Source: an uncultured Verrucomicrobiota bacterium
GTDB lineage: Bacteria > Verrucomicrobiota > Kiritimatiellia > RFP12 > UBA1067
Length of the DNA: 64,000 bases
Direction of reading: 5' to 3'
Assembly (NCBI GenBank): GCA_946533675.1
Contig: CAMNBZ010000011.1
Location: forward strand, 3,278-67,277
Shown piece by piece: positions 40,588 to 50,132 of this stretch (position 1 is the first letter of the stretch; every line of letters starts with the position of its first letter). The notes below the pieces were generated by a model. That model worked only from the letters and a program-made list of their open reading frames with translations. It made no database searches and was not told the origin of the DNA. The position numbers were made by a program, and so were the translations under genes.

Positions 40588-41826
40588 ATGAGCTACAAGG
40601 AAGCGCAGAAGAAGTATGCCAAGATCGGCATCGACACGGAGAAAGTGATCAAGGACCTCGCGGCGGTGCCGATCTCGATGCACTGCTGGCAGGGCGACGA
40701 CGTGGGCGGCTTCGAGTCCGTCGGCGGCGCCTCGAACGGCATCCAGACGACCGGCAACTACCCGGGCAAGGCGACGACGCCCGCGCAGCTGATGGCGGAC
40801 ATCGAGTTCGCGATGTCGCTCATCCCCGGCCGGCACCGCGTCAACCTGCACGCGTGCTACGGCATTCACGAAGGCAAGGTCGTCGACCGCGACAAGCTCG
40901 GCCCCGCGCAGTTCAAGCCGTGGGTCGACTGGGCGAAGAAGAACGGCTACGGCCTCGACTTCAACCCGACGTTCTTCTCGCACGCGAACGTCGTCGACGG
41001 CCTCACGCTCTCGTCGCCCGACCCGAAGATCCGCAAGTTCTGGATCGACCACGGCGTGAAGTGCCTGGAGATCGCGGACTACTTCGCGAAGGAGCTGAAC
41101 ACGACGTGCGGCATCAACTTCTGGTGCCCGGACGGCTACAAGGACGAGCCGTCGGACCGCCTCGGGCCGCGCCAGCGCATGGCCGACTCGCTCGACAGGA
41201 TCTTCAAGAAGGCGAAGTACGACAAAAAGCGCGTCATCCCGTTCCTCGAGTCGAAGCTCTTCGGCATCGGCGTCGAAAGCTACACCGTCAACTCGCACGA
41301 GTTCGTGATGGGCTACGCGCAGAGCCGCAAGATCCTTGCGCTTCTCGACATGGGCCACTTCCACCTCACCGAGAACGTCGCGGACAAGATCAGCTCGTTC
41401 CTGATGTTCTTCGGCAAGGTCGCGTTCCACATCTCACGCCCGGTGCGCTGGGACTCCGACCACGTCATCCGCCAGAACGACGACCTGCGCGCGGCCGCGC
41501 AGGAGATCGTGAAGATGGGCCCGAAGAACTTCATCATCGCGCTCGACTACTTCGACGCGTCGATCTGCCGCGTCGCGGCGTGGGTGCTCGGCATGCGCAA
41601 CATGCAGAAGGAGCTGATGAAGGCGATGCTCACCCCGAACGCGCAGCTCAAGGCGCTGCAGGACGCGGGCGAGTTCACCGCGCAGCTCGTCCTGCAGGAG
41701 GAGTACAAGAACTATCCGTTCGAGGAGGTCTGGGCCGAGTTCTGCAAGCGCCTCGGCGTGCCCGCGGGCGAAGAGTGGTTCAAGACCGTCCAGAAGTACG
41801 AAAAGGACGTGCTGCTGAAGCGCTGA
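40588..41826 (+). CDS. rhaA: L-rhamnose isomerase
   Basis: SMHCWQGDDV, TGNYPG, DFNPTFFSH, ESKLFGIG.ESYT, HISRPVRWDSDH, DYFDASI. Confidence 0.95.
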   Translation: MSYKEAQKKYAKIGIDTEKVIKDLAAVPISMHCWQGDDVGGFESVGGASNGIQTTGNYPGKATTPAQLMADIEFAMSLIPGRHRVNLHACYGIHEGKVVDRDKLGPAQFKPWVDWAKKNGYGLDFNPTFFSHANVVDGLTLSSPDPKIRKFWIDHGVKCLEIADYFAKELNTTCGINFWCPDGYKDEPSDRLGPRQRMADSLDRIFKKAKYDKKRVIPFLESKLFGIGVESYTVNSHEFVMGYAQSRKILALLDMGHFHLTENVADKISSFLMFFGKVAFHISRPVRWDSDHVIRQNDDLRAAAQEIVKMGPKNFIIALDYFDASICRVAAWVLGMRNMQKELMKAMLTPNAQLKALQDAGEFTAQLVLQEEYKNYPFEEVWAEFCKRLGVPAGEEWFKTVQKYEKDVLLKR

Positions 41827-42623
41827 TGGGAAACGACCGCAACACGCGCCACCACAAGGGCCCGCGCGAGATGGTGACGGGCGGCGAGTGGATCTACGGG
41901 CGCAATCCCGTGGAGGAGGCCCTCGCCGCCGGCCGCCGCACGGCGAGCGAGATCATCCTGCCGTCGGCGTCGCCGGACGAGGACGGCCAGCTCCAGCGCA
42001 TCCGCGACGAGGCGCGCGCGCGCCGGCTCGTCATCCGCACGATGGACCGCGAGGGCCTCGACCGCCTGACGCGCTTCGGCCACCACCAGGGCGTCGCGCT
42101 CAAGACGACGGGCTATCCCTACGTCGGCTTCGACGAGATCGTCGCCGACGCGGCGGCGGACGAAAACGCGCTCGTCGTCATCCTCGACCACCTCGAAGAT
42201 CCGCAGAACGTCGGCTCGATCCTGCGCACGGCGTGCGCGGTCGGGGCGACGGGCGTCGTCATCCCCGAGGACCGCGCCGCGGGCATCACGCCGGCGGCCG
42301 TCCGCGCGTCGGCGGGCGGCGCCGAGCACATCAAGGTCGCGCACGTCGTCAACCTCGTGCGGGCGATCCAGGACCTGAAGGACGCGGGCTGCTGGATGAC
42401 CGCGCTCGACTGGGGCCCGGACGCGAAGACGTACACCGACATCGACTTCAAGGGGCGCGTCGGCCTCGTGGTCGGCGCGGAAGGCGACGGCATCACGCGC
42501 CTCGTGCGCGCCAACTGCGACTTCGTGGCGCAGCTGCCGATGCCGGGCGGCTTCGAGTCGCTCAACGCGGGCGTCGCCGCCGCCGTCGCCCTCTACGAAA
42601 TCATCCGGCAGAGAAGGAAGTGA
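41826..42623 (+). CDS. rlmB: 23S rRNA (Gm2251) methyltransferase, SpoU family
   Basis: IYGRNPV.EAL, HQGV, DPQNVGSILRTA, GAEGDG, ESLNAGVA. Confidence 0.9.
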   Translation: MGNDRNTRHHKGPREMVTGGEWIYGRNPVEEALAAGRRTASEIILPSASPDEDGQLQRIRDEARARRLVIRTMDREGLDRLTRFGHHQGVALKTTGYPYVGFDEIVADAAADENALVVILDHLEDPQNVGSILRTACAVGATGVVIPEDRAAGITPAAVRASAGGAEHIKVAHVVNLVRAIQDLKDAGCWMTALDWGPDAKTYTDIDFKGRVGLVVGAEGDGITRLVRANCDFVAQLPMPGGFESLNAGVAAAVALYEIIRQRRK

Positions 42624-42625
42624 AC

Positions 42626-43432
42626 ATGGACCCGAAACTCTACATCAACCCGCCGCTCGTCAACCGTGCGTACGACTGGCAGCACGGCCCCCAGCCGAAG
42701 ACGCGCGCCGCGCTCGACCGGTTCTTCAACTCCGCGCCGATCAACGCGGTGAAGGACCAGATCTGCGAGATGGGTCGGCGCATCTACAACAAGGGCTACA
42801 CCGACGGCAACGGCGGGAACCTCTCGGTGCGCGTGGGCGAGGACCTGGTCCTCTGCTCGCCGACGCTGTGCTGCAAGGGCTTCATGAAGCGCGAGGACAT
42901 CTGCCTCGTCGACATGAACGCCGGGCAACTGTGCGGCTACCGGCCGCGCACGAGCGAGGTGAAGGTCCACATCGCGATGATGAAGGCGACGGGCATGAAC
43001 GCGTGCATGCACTGCCATCCGCCGCACTGCAACGCGTTCCTCTTCGCGGGGATGGTGCCGCCGAACGGCGTCAATCCCGAGGCCGACATCTTCCTGAGCC
43101 AGATTCCGCTCGCGCCGTACGCGACGCCCGGCACCGACGAGGTCGCCTCGACCGTCGCGGAGGCCGCGAAGAAGTCGAACGTCGTCTTCATGCAGAACCA
43201 CGGCATCGTCTGCGGCGGGCGCGACATCGAGGAGGCGGAGTGGTTCGCGGAGAACGCGGACGCCTACTGCCAGGTGCTGCTCCTCGCGGACGCGCACGGC
43301 GGCAAGGTGAAGCAGCTCGCGCCGAAGTTCGTCAAGGACATCGTCGCCATCCGCCAGGCGATGGGCCTCGCCGTCCCGAAGGGCCAGAAGCTCTACAACA
43401 CGCACCGCTTCAACGGCTACGTGATGAAGTAG
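42626..43432 (+). CDS. Class II aldolase (probable rhamnulose/fuculose-1-phosphate aldolase)
   Basis: GNGGNLS, TSEVKVH, HCHPP, MQNHG; located near rhaA. Confidence 0.8.
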   Translation: MDPKLYINPPLVNRAYDWQHGPQPKTRAALDRFFNSAPINAVKDQICEMGRRIYNKGYTDGNGGNLSVRVGEDLVLCSPTLCCKGFMKREDICLVDMNAGQLCGYRPRTSEVKVHIAMMKATGMNACMHCHPPHCNAFLFAGMVPPNGVNPEADIFLSQIPLAPYATPGTDEVASTVAEAAKKSNVVFMQNHGIVCGGRDIEEAEWFAENADAYCQVLLLADAHGGKVKQLAPKFVKDIVAIRQAMGLAVPKGQKLYNTHRFNGYVMK

Positions 43433-43509
43433 CCTGTCGCCGTTCCGCCCCGCCTGTCCGGTGCAAATGCCACTTGCCAGCGGGGCGGAAAAAGTGATAT
43501 ACTTACGGC

Positions 43510-44319
43510 ATGATTACTCTGTTGATTGCCATCGCCGTTGCGAGCGGCGTTCTTTCGGTGTTCCATTTTGCGGTGGGGCTTGGTCTCGGCTGGTCGATCA
43601 CGCTCGGCGTCGTCTCGTTCATCGCGTTTCAGGTGATCGTCGGCCTGCAGCTGCGCAAGCGCGTCATGCGCGACATGGAGCGCGTGCAGGCCATTCTCCT
43701 CGACGGACAGAAGAAGATCCAGGCCAAGACGCAGGCGTGGCAGTGGCGGCCGCCGAGCAGCATCGCCGCCGCGCAGAAGGAGATTTTCGAGGACACCAAG
43801 GTGTTCGTCCGCGAGGCGCTCGCCCAGACCGAGACGCTGCGCAGGTACCGTCTCTGGGTGCCGATGATCGACCGCCAGATCGCGACCGCCCAGCTCCAGC
43901 TCAACTGGATGGTCAAGGACTTCAAGCGCGTCGACGAGCTGATGCCCAAGGCGCTGATGATGGACCCGGCGATGGTCGCGATGAAGCTCGCGCGCCTCCA
44001 GATGCTGAACGCGCCGACGGCGGAGATCGCGAAGGCCTACGAGAAGGGCGTGCGCCGGTTCAAGTACAACCAGGCGGTTCTGCCCGCCGCGTGCTACACG
44101 TGGATCCTCGTCAAGCGCGGCGAAACCGACGCGGCCTTCAAGGCGCTGACGGCGGCCCTGAAGAACAGCGACAACGAGGTCCTGAAGGCGAACCACGTCC
44201 ATCTGATGAACGACCGGCCCGCGCACTTCACCAACTCGGGCCTGGGCGACCAGTGGTATTCGCTCATGCTGGAGGAGCCGAAGATCAAGACCCAGCGTCA
44301 ACGGAGCGTCTACCGGTGA
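43510..44319 (+). CDS. Hypothetical membrane protein (two N-terminal TM helices, helical soluble domain)
   Basis: Host-like codon usage; promoter TTGCCA-N18-TATACT 6 nt upstream of the ATG. Confidence 0.75.
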   Translation: MITLLIAIAVASGVLSVFHFAVGLGLGWSITLGVVSFIAFQVIVGLQLRKRVMRDMERVQAILLDGQKKIQAKTQAWQWRPPSSIAAAQKEIFEDTKVFVREALAQTETLRRYRLWVPMIDRQIATAQLQLNWMVKDFKRVDELMPKALMMDPAMVAMKLARLQMLNAPTAEIAKAYEKGVRRFKYNQAVLPAACYTWILVKRGETDAAFKALTAALKNSDNEVLKANHVHLMNDRPAHFTNSGLGDQWYSLMLEEPKIKTQRQRSVYR

Positions 44320-46034
44320 GGACGCGCAAGGCCATCGTCCTGGCGGCCGGGCTGGGCACGCGTCTGCGGCCGCTGACGTGCGCCGTGCCGAAGCCGCTCC
44401 TGCCCGTCTGGGGCGAGCCGATGCTCGCGCGCGTCATCGCGCTGCTGCGCGGCTGGGGCGTGGACGACATCGTGGTCAACTGCCACTACCTCCACGAGCA
44501 GGTCGAAGAATTCGTCTCGCGTCTTGCGTCTGCGACGGATCCCGCCGATTCCTTTTCCATCCGCACGAGCTACGAGCCGGAGATCCTCGGCACGGGCGGC
44601 GTCCTGAATCCGTTGCGCACCTGGATCGGCGGTGACGACTTCTACCTCGTCAACGCCGACATCGTCGTCGAGGGGATCGACGCGAATCCGTTTGCGGAAA
44701 CGTGGGGCGCCGACGAGATCGCGCAGTGCCTCGTTACGCGCGAAGGCCCGCGCACGGTCGAGGTGGAGCCGGAAAGCCGTTTCGTCACGTGCTGGAAGTC
44801 GCCCGATCCCGGCTGGGAGGGCACCTTCACGTACTGCGGCGTGGCGCGCCTCCGGGCGGACATCCTGAAGTTTGTCGCGCCGACAGGCTTTTCGACGATC
44901 GTCGCCGCGTATGAACAGGCGATGATGGAAGGGCGCTTCGTCCGGGCGGTGGAACCGGCGGACTTGATGTGGACGGACGCGGGCACGGTCGACAGCTATC
45001 TCGGCCTCAACCGGACGGCGGACGACAACGCGTTCGCCGACCTGCCGCAGCTGAAGGCGGCGGCCGCGCGGCTTCCGAGCGACGCGCCCGTCGAATTTCT
45101 CGGCGCGCGCGGGAGCGAGCGCGTCTTTTTCAAGCGGGGCGACGCGATCATCATCGTCTACGACGACGCGCACCGCGGCGAAAACGCGCGCTACGTCCAC
45201 CACGCGAACTGGCTGAAGGTGCAGGGCGTTCCCGTGCCCGCGATCCTCGCCGATCTGCCCGAACTGAAGACGCTGGTCATGGAGAACGCGGGCGCGGTCG
45301 ATCTGCAGCACCGCGTCGAAAAGGCGGGCGCGCACGCGATCGACAGCTACGTGCCCGTCGTCGAGGCGCTCGCCGCGTTCAATGCGCTCAATCCCGATTT
45401 CGAGCTGGAGCCGCCGTTCGACGCGGCGCTCTACCAGTGGGAGCGCGATCTTTTCGCGGAGCACTGCCTCGGCACGCGCTACGCGCGGACGCTACCGGAC
45501 GAGGTGCGCGCGGAGCTCGAGGGCGTCGCGGCGAAGCTGCTCGCCGAGCCGCCGGCGCTCGTCCACCGCGACTTCCAGTCCACGAACGTCCTCTGGAAGA
45601 ACGACCGCCTGTCGATCATCGATTTCCAGGGCATGCGGCGCGGGCCGGCGGCCTACGACCTCGCGAGCCTCCTCTACGATCCGTACGTTCGGCTGACCGA
45701 CCGCGCGCGGCGCGCGCTCGCGGCGCTCTACGCGCAGAAGTCGGGACGCGGCGACATCGCCGCGGTGCTGCCGTTCGCGGCGGTGGAGCGGCTCGTCCAG
45801 TGTCTCGGCGCGTACGGGCGCCTCGCGTCGGTCGGCCAGCCGCAGTTCGGCCGGTTCGTGCTGCCGGCCCTCGAGAATCTGCTCGCGGCGGCGGACGAGG
45901 CGGGGCTGGACGCGACGGGCGCGCTCGCCGAGGATCTGATCGCCGCGGAGCAGCGGCGCGGAAAGGACGCGCACGCGCACGGCTGCACGTGCGGACACGC
46001 GCATCACGGAAAGGATTGTCAATGCGGGCGATAA
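44316..46034 (+). CDS. Sugar-phosphate nucleotidyltransferase fused to APH-family sugar kinase (MurU-AmgK-like)
   Basis: LAAGLGTRLRPLT..PKPL and EILGTGG, then GSERVF, VHRDFQSTN, IDFQG..GPAAYDLASLL; GTG start overlaps the upstream stop. Confidence 0.82.
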   Translation: MRTRKAIVLAAGLGTRLRPLTCAVPKPLLPVWGEPMLARVIALLRGWGVDDIVVNCHYLHEQVEEFVSRLASATDPADSFSIRTSYEPEILGTGGVLNPLRTWIGGDDFYLVNADIVVEGIDANPFAETWGADEIAQCLVTREGPRTVEVEPESRFVTCWKSPDPGWEGTFTYCGVARLRADILKFVAPTGFSTIVAAYEQAMMEGRFVRAVEPADLMWTDAGTVDSYLGLNRTADDNAFADLPQLKAAAARLPSDAPVEFLGARGSERVFFKRGDAIIIVYDDAHRGENARYVHHANWLKVQGVPVPAILADLPELKTLVMENAGAVDLQHRVEKAGAHAIDSYVPVVEALAAFNALNPDFELEPPFDAALYQWERDLFAEHCLGTRYARTLPDEVRAELEGVAAKLLAEPPALVHRDFQSTNVLWKNDRLSIIDFQGMRRGPAAYDLASLLYDPYVRLTDRARRALAALYAQKSGRGDIAAVLPFAAVERLVQCLGAYGRLASVGQPQFGRFVLPALENLLAAADEAGLDATGALAEDLIAAEQRRGKDAHAHGCTCGHAHHGKDCQCGR

Positions 46035-48139
46035 AATCCTTCATCAGCCGGGTCCGCAAGCAGGGCAAGAGGCGTCCGACGACCGTGAAGACGGTCGCGA
46101 TGGGGCGCGCGCGCGAATTCGAGGCGTGGGATGTCGGCGAGGACACGTTCATTTTCGAGATCGGCATCCGCGACCATCTGAACGAGCGGCCGAGCGTGCT
46201 GATGGTCGAGAAGGGCCACCTGAAGCGCAAGACGCCCGGCCGCGTCATGACGATGACGACAGGCAACCATTCGGTCGCGGCGTTCCCGCTCCTCGACGGG
46301 CGGTTCTGGAAGTTTTCGCGCGTGCCGATGCTGAAGACGGGCGACGTGCTGACGAAGTGCATCCTCTGCGCGAACGTCATCAAGGACACGATCGAGATCT
46401 CCCAGCGCGACGTGCCGTGCAAGGAGCTGTTCAAGATGGACCGCTGGCTCCTGGAGACGGCGGGCTTCACGCTCGCCGACATCGTGATGGGCGACCGCAA
46501 CGACGGCACGATCGAGCACTACCGGCGGCAGGGCCAGGAGTGGCGCGTCAAGCCGCTCGCGTGGACGGAGGCGGAGATGAAGGTGGCGCTCGCCGCCGAG
46601 AAGAAGCGCATCGCCGCGAAGACGACGTACTACCATTCGGCGAAGGGCGTGCACTTCCTCACGTATCCCGACTTCTGCCGGTTCGCCGCGCTCGCGGAGA
46701 CGGACTGGGAGGCGTTCGTCAAGGCGCTGAAGGAGCTCGTGAGCGTCTTCGAAGGGAACCGCTATTCGTTCACGCGCATGCCGAAGTACCGCGGCCACCA
46801 CGAGATCGAGCTCTTCGGCCTGCGGCGCGGCGTGGGGCTCGACCGCATCGTGCCCGAGCTGGAGCGGCTGAGCGAGGCGATCGCCCTCGGGCGCGTCACG
46901 CCGGCGCAGGTCGCGCCGCGGATGAAGGACATCGCCTCGCTCTACGAATCGCTCCTCACGCAGCCGGACCTCGCGGACGAGAACGCCAAGGCGTTCACGG
47001 AATCGCTCTACATGCACATCACGGGCGAGATCTACTCCATCGTCGGCGAGGGCGCGACGCCCGCGTTCGACGACCGCCGCACCGCGCTGCCGGGCGCGAC
47101 GTTCGTGGACGGGCGGCCCATCTTCCATCCCGGCGTCGACGACCGCAACGAGGTGCTCCTGTCGAACATCCGCGCGATCGTCTCGAAGGACGAGGTCATC
47201 GAGTACGCCAACGTCTACGAGCTGCGCAACGACGTCGAGAACGTGCCCATCGGCAAGGGCCGCACGCGCGAGATCGTCTACAAGACCAACCGCAGCCCGA
47301 TCGAGCGCAGCTTCATCGAGAAGCGCTTCACGAGCGCGAAGAAGGGCTATTCGAGCTACATGCTCGCGCGCGTCGAGGCGCTGAAGGCGCTCGGCATCGC
47401 CCTGAGCGACTACCGCATCCTGCGGCGGCGCGCGCACACGGGGCGCGGGACGCTCGACTACTTCATCCGCACGCGGCTCGAGGGCGAGCCGATGAACGCG
47501 ATCCCCGCGACGTACTTCTGCAACATCGACGACTCCTCCATCGAGGAGAAGGAGTTCGTGCTGGCGCTCGCGCAGATGATGGGCGACGCGGCGGCGCAGA
47601 ACATGGCGATGAAGAAGTTCGACCCCGCGACCGAGTCGCCGCACTACGGCGAGGGCAAGGAGATCTACGAGTTCGAGTACGACATCGTCAACGAGCGCGT
47701 CGTGCCCAAGAGCGTCTCGACGTGCTCGGTGCGCGGCAGCTTCGGCTGGCCCGACCTCTCCTACACCGACGAGAACCTGGCGGCGATCAACAACTTCTAC
47801 CTCACCTGCTACGCGCACGCGCTCAAGACGTACCAGCGCCAGCACAACGTCACGATGGCCGAGCTCGCCGAGCGGTTCATGGACGGCTTCGAGTACCGCA
47901 CGCACGCGATGGAGTGGCAGATCTCGGTGCTGCGCGACAAGTTCGAGGACTTCAAGCCCGGTCTGCCGCCCGGCTACCGGTTCGACCGCAAGTGGCGCTT
48001 CGTCATGTGGTCGCTCGAACGTCAGGAGCGCCGTCTGCACGTCCTGCGGCGCATGTTTTTCCGAAAAGTGGAGCTCATCGAAAATGAAGACATACGGAAT
48101 CATCCCCAGCCGGTTCGGGTCGAGCCGGTTTCCCGGTAA
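46022..48139 (+). CDS. Large hypothetical protein (about 705 aa)
   Basis: Strong host-like codon bias and globular composition; no family recognised. Confidence 0.75.
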   Translation: MRAIKSFISRVRKQGKRRPTTVKTVAMGRAREFEAWDVGEDTFIFEIGIRDHLNERPSVLMVEKGHLKRKTPGRVMTMTTGNHSVAAFPLLDGRFWKFSRVPMLKTGDVLTKCILCANVIKDTIEISQRDVPCKELFKMDRWLLETAGFTLADIVMGDRNDGTIEHYRRQGQEWRVKPLAWTEAEMKVALAAEKKRIAAKTTYYHSAKGVHFLTYPDFCRFAALAETDWEAFVKALKELVSVFEGNRYSFTRMPKYRGHHEIELFGLRRGVGLDRIVPELERLSEAIALGRVTPAQVAPRMKDIASLYESLLTQPDLADENAKAFTESLYMHITGEIYSIVGEGATPAFDDRRTALPGATFVDGRPIFHPGVDDRNEVLLSNIRAIVSKDEVIEYANVYELRNDVENVPIGKGRTREIVYKTNRSPIERSFIEKRFTSAKKGYSSYMLARVEALKALGIALSDYRILRRRAHTGRGTLDYFIRTRLEGEPMNAIPATYFCNIDDSSIEEKEFVLALAQMMGDAAAQNMAMKKFDPATESPHYGEGKEIYEFEYDIVNERVVPKSVSTCSVRGSFGWPDLSYTDENLAAINNFYLTCYAHALKTYQRQHNVTMAELAERFMDGFEYRTHAMEWQISVLRDKFEDFKPGLPPGYRFDRKWRFVMWSLERQERRLHVLRRMFFRKVELIENEDIRNHPQPVRVEPVSR

Positions 48140-48830
48140 GCCGCTCGCGCTGCTGGCGGGCAAGCCGCTCGTCGCGTGGGTCGTCGAGGCGGTCCGGAAG
48201 GCGAAGACGCTGGACGAGGTGCTGGTGGCGACCGACGACAGCCGCATCGCCGACGCGGTCGCGGCGTACGGCGGGCGGGCGGTGATGACGCCGTCGGAGC
48301 TGCCGAGCGGCACCGACCGCATCGCGTGCGCGGCGGGCGACTTCGCGGACGACGACATCCTCGTGAACATCCAGGGCGACGAGCCGCTGATCGATCCCGC
48401 GCTCATCGACGCGCTCGCGCTCAAGCTGCGGCTGGACGCGAAGTGGGACATGGCGACGGCGGTGACGCCTCTCGAATCGGCCGCCGACCTCGCGGCGAAG
48501 ACCGTCGTCAAGGTCGTCCTCGACAAGGAGGACGGCGCGCTCTACTTCTCCCGCGCGCCGATCCCGTGCGACCGCGACCACGCGCCGGACCTCGCCTCGG
48601 GCCTCTACGTGCGCCATCTCGGCATCTACGCCTACCGCGGCGCGTTCCTGAAGCGCTACGTCGCCGAGCCGCGCTGCGCGCTGGAGGCGACGGAGAACCT
48701 GGAGCAGCTGCGCGCGCTCTACATGGGCGCGAAGATCGCGGTCGTGCGGACGTTGGACAAGGGTGTGGGCGTCGATACGCCCGAGGATGCCGAGCGTGTC
48801 GCAAAGATTCTCGCGTCTCGCGCCGCTTGA
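48084..48830 (+). CDS. kdsB: 3-deoxy-manno-octulosonate cytidylyltransferase
   Basis: IPSRFGSSRFPGKPL, SGTDRI, NIQGDEP, ALYFSR, HLGIYAY, LEQLRAL. Confidence 0.95.
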   Translation: MKTYGIIPSRFGSSRFPGKPLALLAGKPLVAWVVEAVRKAKTLDEVLVATDDSRIADAVAAYGGRAVMTPSELPSGTDRIACAAGDFADDDILVNIQGDEPLIDPALIDALALKLRLDAKWDMATAVTPLESAADLAAKTVVKVVLDKEDGALYFSRAPIPCDRDHAPDLASGLYVRHLGIYAYRGAFLKRYVAEPRCALEATENLEQLRALYMGAKIAVVRTLDKGVGVDTPEDAERVAKILASRAA

Positions 48831-49401
48831 GCGGCGGGCGATCGCCCGGCGGGCGTTCGTGAACTCGCTGCCCGTCCTGATGGGCTACCTCACGATGGGC
48901 TTCGCGGCGGGCGTGCTGCTGTCGGTCAAGGCGCTCATCCCGTGCGCGCCGCTCTGGTCGGCGCTCATCGCGTTCGGCGCGATCTCGGGCACGCTGAGCT
49001 TCGCCGTCGTGCCGGCGATCGCGGCGAGCGATCCGTGCTATTCGATCGCCGTGCTGACGTTCGCGATCAACTTCCGCTACGCGTTCTACGGCTTTTCGAT
49101 GCTGGGGCGCTGGCGCGGCATTCCGCTCCTGCAGAAGTGGTTCCTCGTCCATTCGCTCGCGGACGAGATCTACGCGCTCGACGTCGCCTGCCGCATCCCC
49201 GATCCGCTCAAGAACCGCTACTACTGCCTCTGGAACCACGCGCTCTGCGCGACCTACTGGGTCGTCGGCTCGACGGCGGGCGCGCTCGCGGGCGCGGCGC
49301 TGCCGATTCCCTCGCGCGGCATCGAATTCGCGATGGTCGCGCTCTTTCTCGTGATCTTCACCGACCAGATGAAAGGATGGTTGAAACGCCATGCCCTCTG
49401 A
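48787..49401 (+). CDS. AzlC-family amino-acid exporter (start uncertain)
   Basis: SLPVLMGY..MGFA.G, INFRYAFYG, LADE, GIEFAMVALF. Confidence 0.8.
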   Translation: MPSVSQRFSRLAPLERRAIARRAFVNSLPVLMGYLTMGFAAGVLLSVKALIPCAPLWSALIAFGAISGTLSFAVVPAIAASDPCYSIAVLTFAINFRYAFYGFSMLGRWRGIPLLQKWFLVHSLADEIYALDVACRIPDPLKNRYYCLWNHALCATYWVVGSTAGALAGAALPIPSRGIEFAMVALFLVIFTDQMKGWLKRHAL

Positions 49402-50077
49402 CAACACGCTCTATCTGATCCGCGTCGTCGCGACCGCGTGGGCGGTCACGTTCTTTCTGCGCGCGCTGCCGTTTCTTCTCTTCGCGGGGCGCCGGCGTCC
49501 GCTGCCGCCCGCCGTCGAGCGCTTCGGCACGTTCGTCTCGCCCGTCATCCTCGCGGGTCTGATCGTCTATTCGTACGCGGGGCTCGAATGGCGCACGGCG
49601 TGGCCGTATCTCGCCGGCGCGCTCACGGTGGTGCTCCAGATCTGGAAGGGGAACGCGCTCTCCTCGATCATCGCGGGCACGGCGCTCTACATGACGCTGC
49701 TCGCGCTGACGGGCTGCGCGTCGGTGCCGGTCGCGCATCTCGAGTCGAAGGCGGCGCATCCGCTCATCCGCGTGACGACGTCCGGCCTGCGCTTCCAGGA
49801 TCGGCCGGTCACGCCCGCCGAGGCGGTGAAGCTCCTGGAGAAGAACGGCGTGCCGAAGGACCAGACGCTGCACGTGCTCGTCGATCCCGACTTCGACGAT
49901 CAGCAGGCGCTGTGGGTGTTCCAGCACAACTACCTGCACCGCGCGGGCTACGCGAAGGCGCTGCTCATGATCGGCGAGCGCCGCGCGTTCTCCGGCAGCG
50001 CGCGGCTGAAGGAGTCCTCCGCCGACGGCGCGGTCATCCCGTATGCGCCGCACGCGCCGAGGCCGCCGCGCCGCTAG
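49391..50077 (+). CDS. AzlD-family membrane protein with extra C-terminal soluble domain
   Basis: TFFLRALPF...SIIAGTALY AzlD core, followed by LLALTGC and about 120 further residues. Confidence 0.75.
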   Translation: MPSDNTLYLIRVVATAWAVTFFLRALPFLLFAGRRRPLPPAVERFGTFVSPVILAGLIVYSYAGLEWRTAWPYLAGALTVVLQIWKGNALSSIIAGTALYMTLLALTGCASVPVAHLESKAAHPLIRVTTSGLRFQDRPVTPAEAVKLLEKNGVPKDQTLHVLVDPDFDDQQALWVFQHNYLHRAGYAKALLMIGERRAFSGSARLKESSADGAVIPYAPHAPRPPRR

Positions 50078-50132
50078 GCGCGCGCGTTCCCGGCTTCCCG
50101 CCCGCGCGCAATTATGATATACTATTGACCGC

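Noticed and set aside
45841..45852. CGCAGTTCGGCC match to family A
   Set aside because: Lacks the left arm and the TCTCCAC tail, and reads as ordinary codons (PQFGR) in a different phase.
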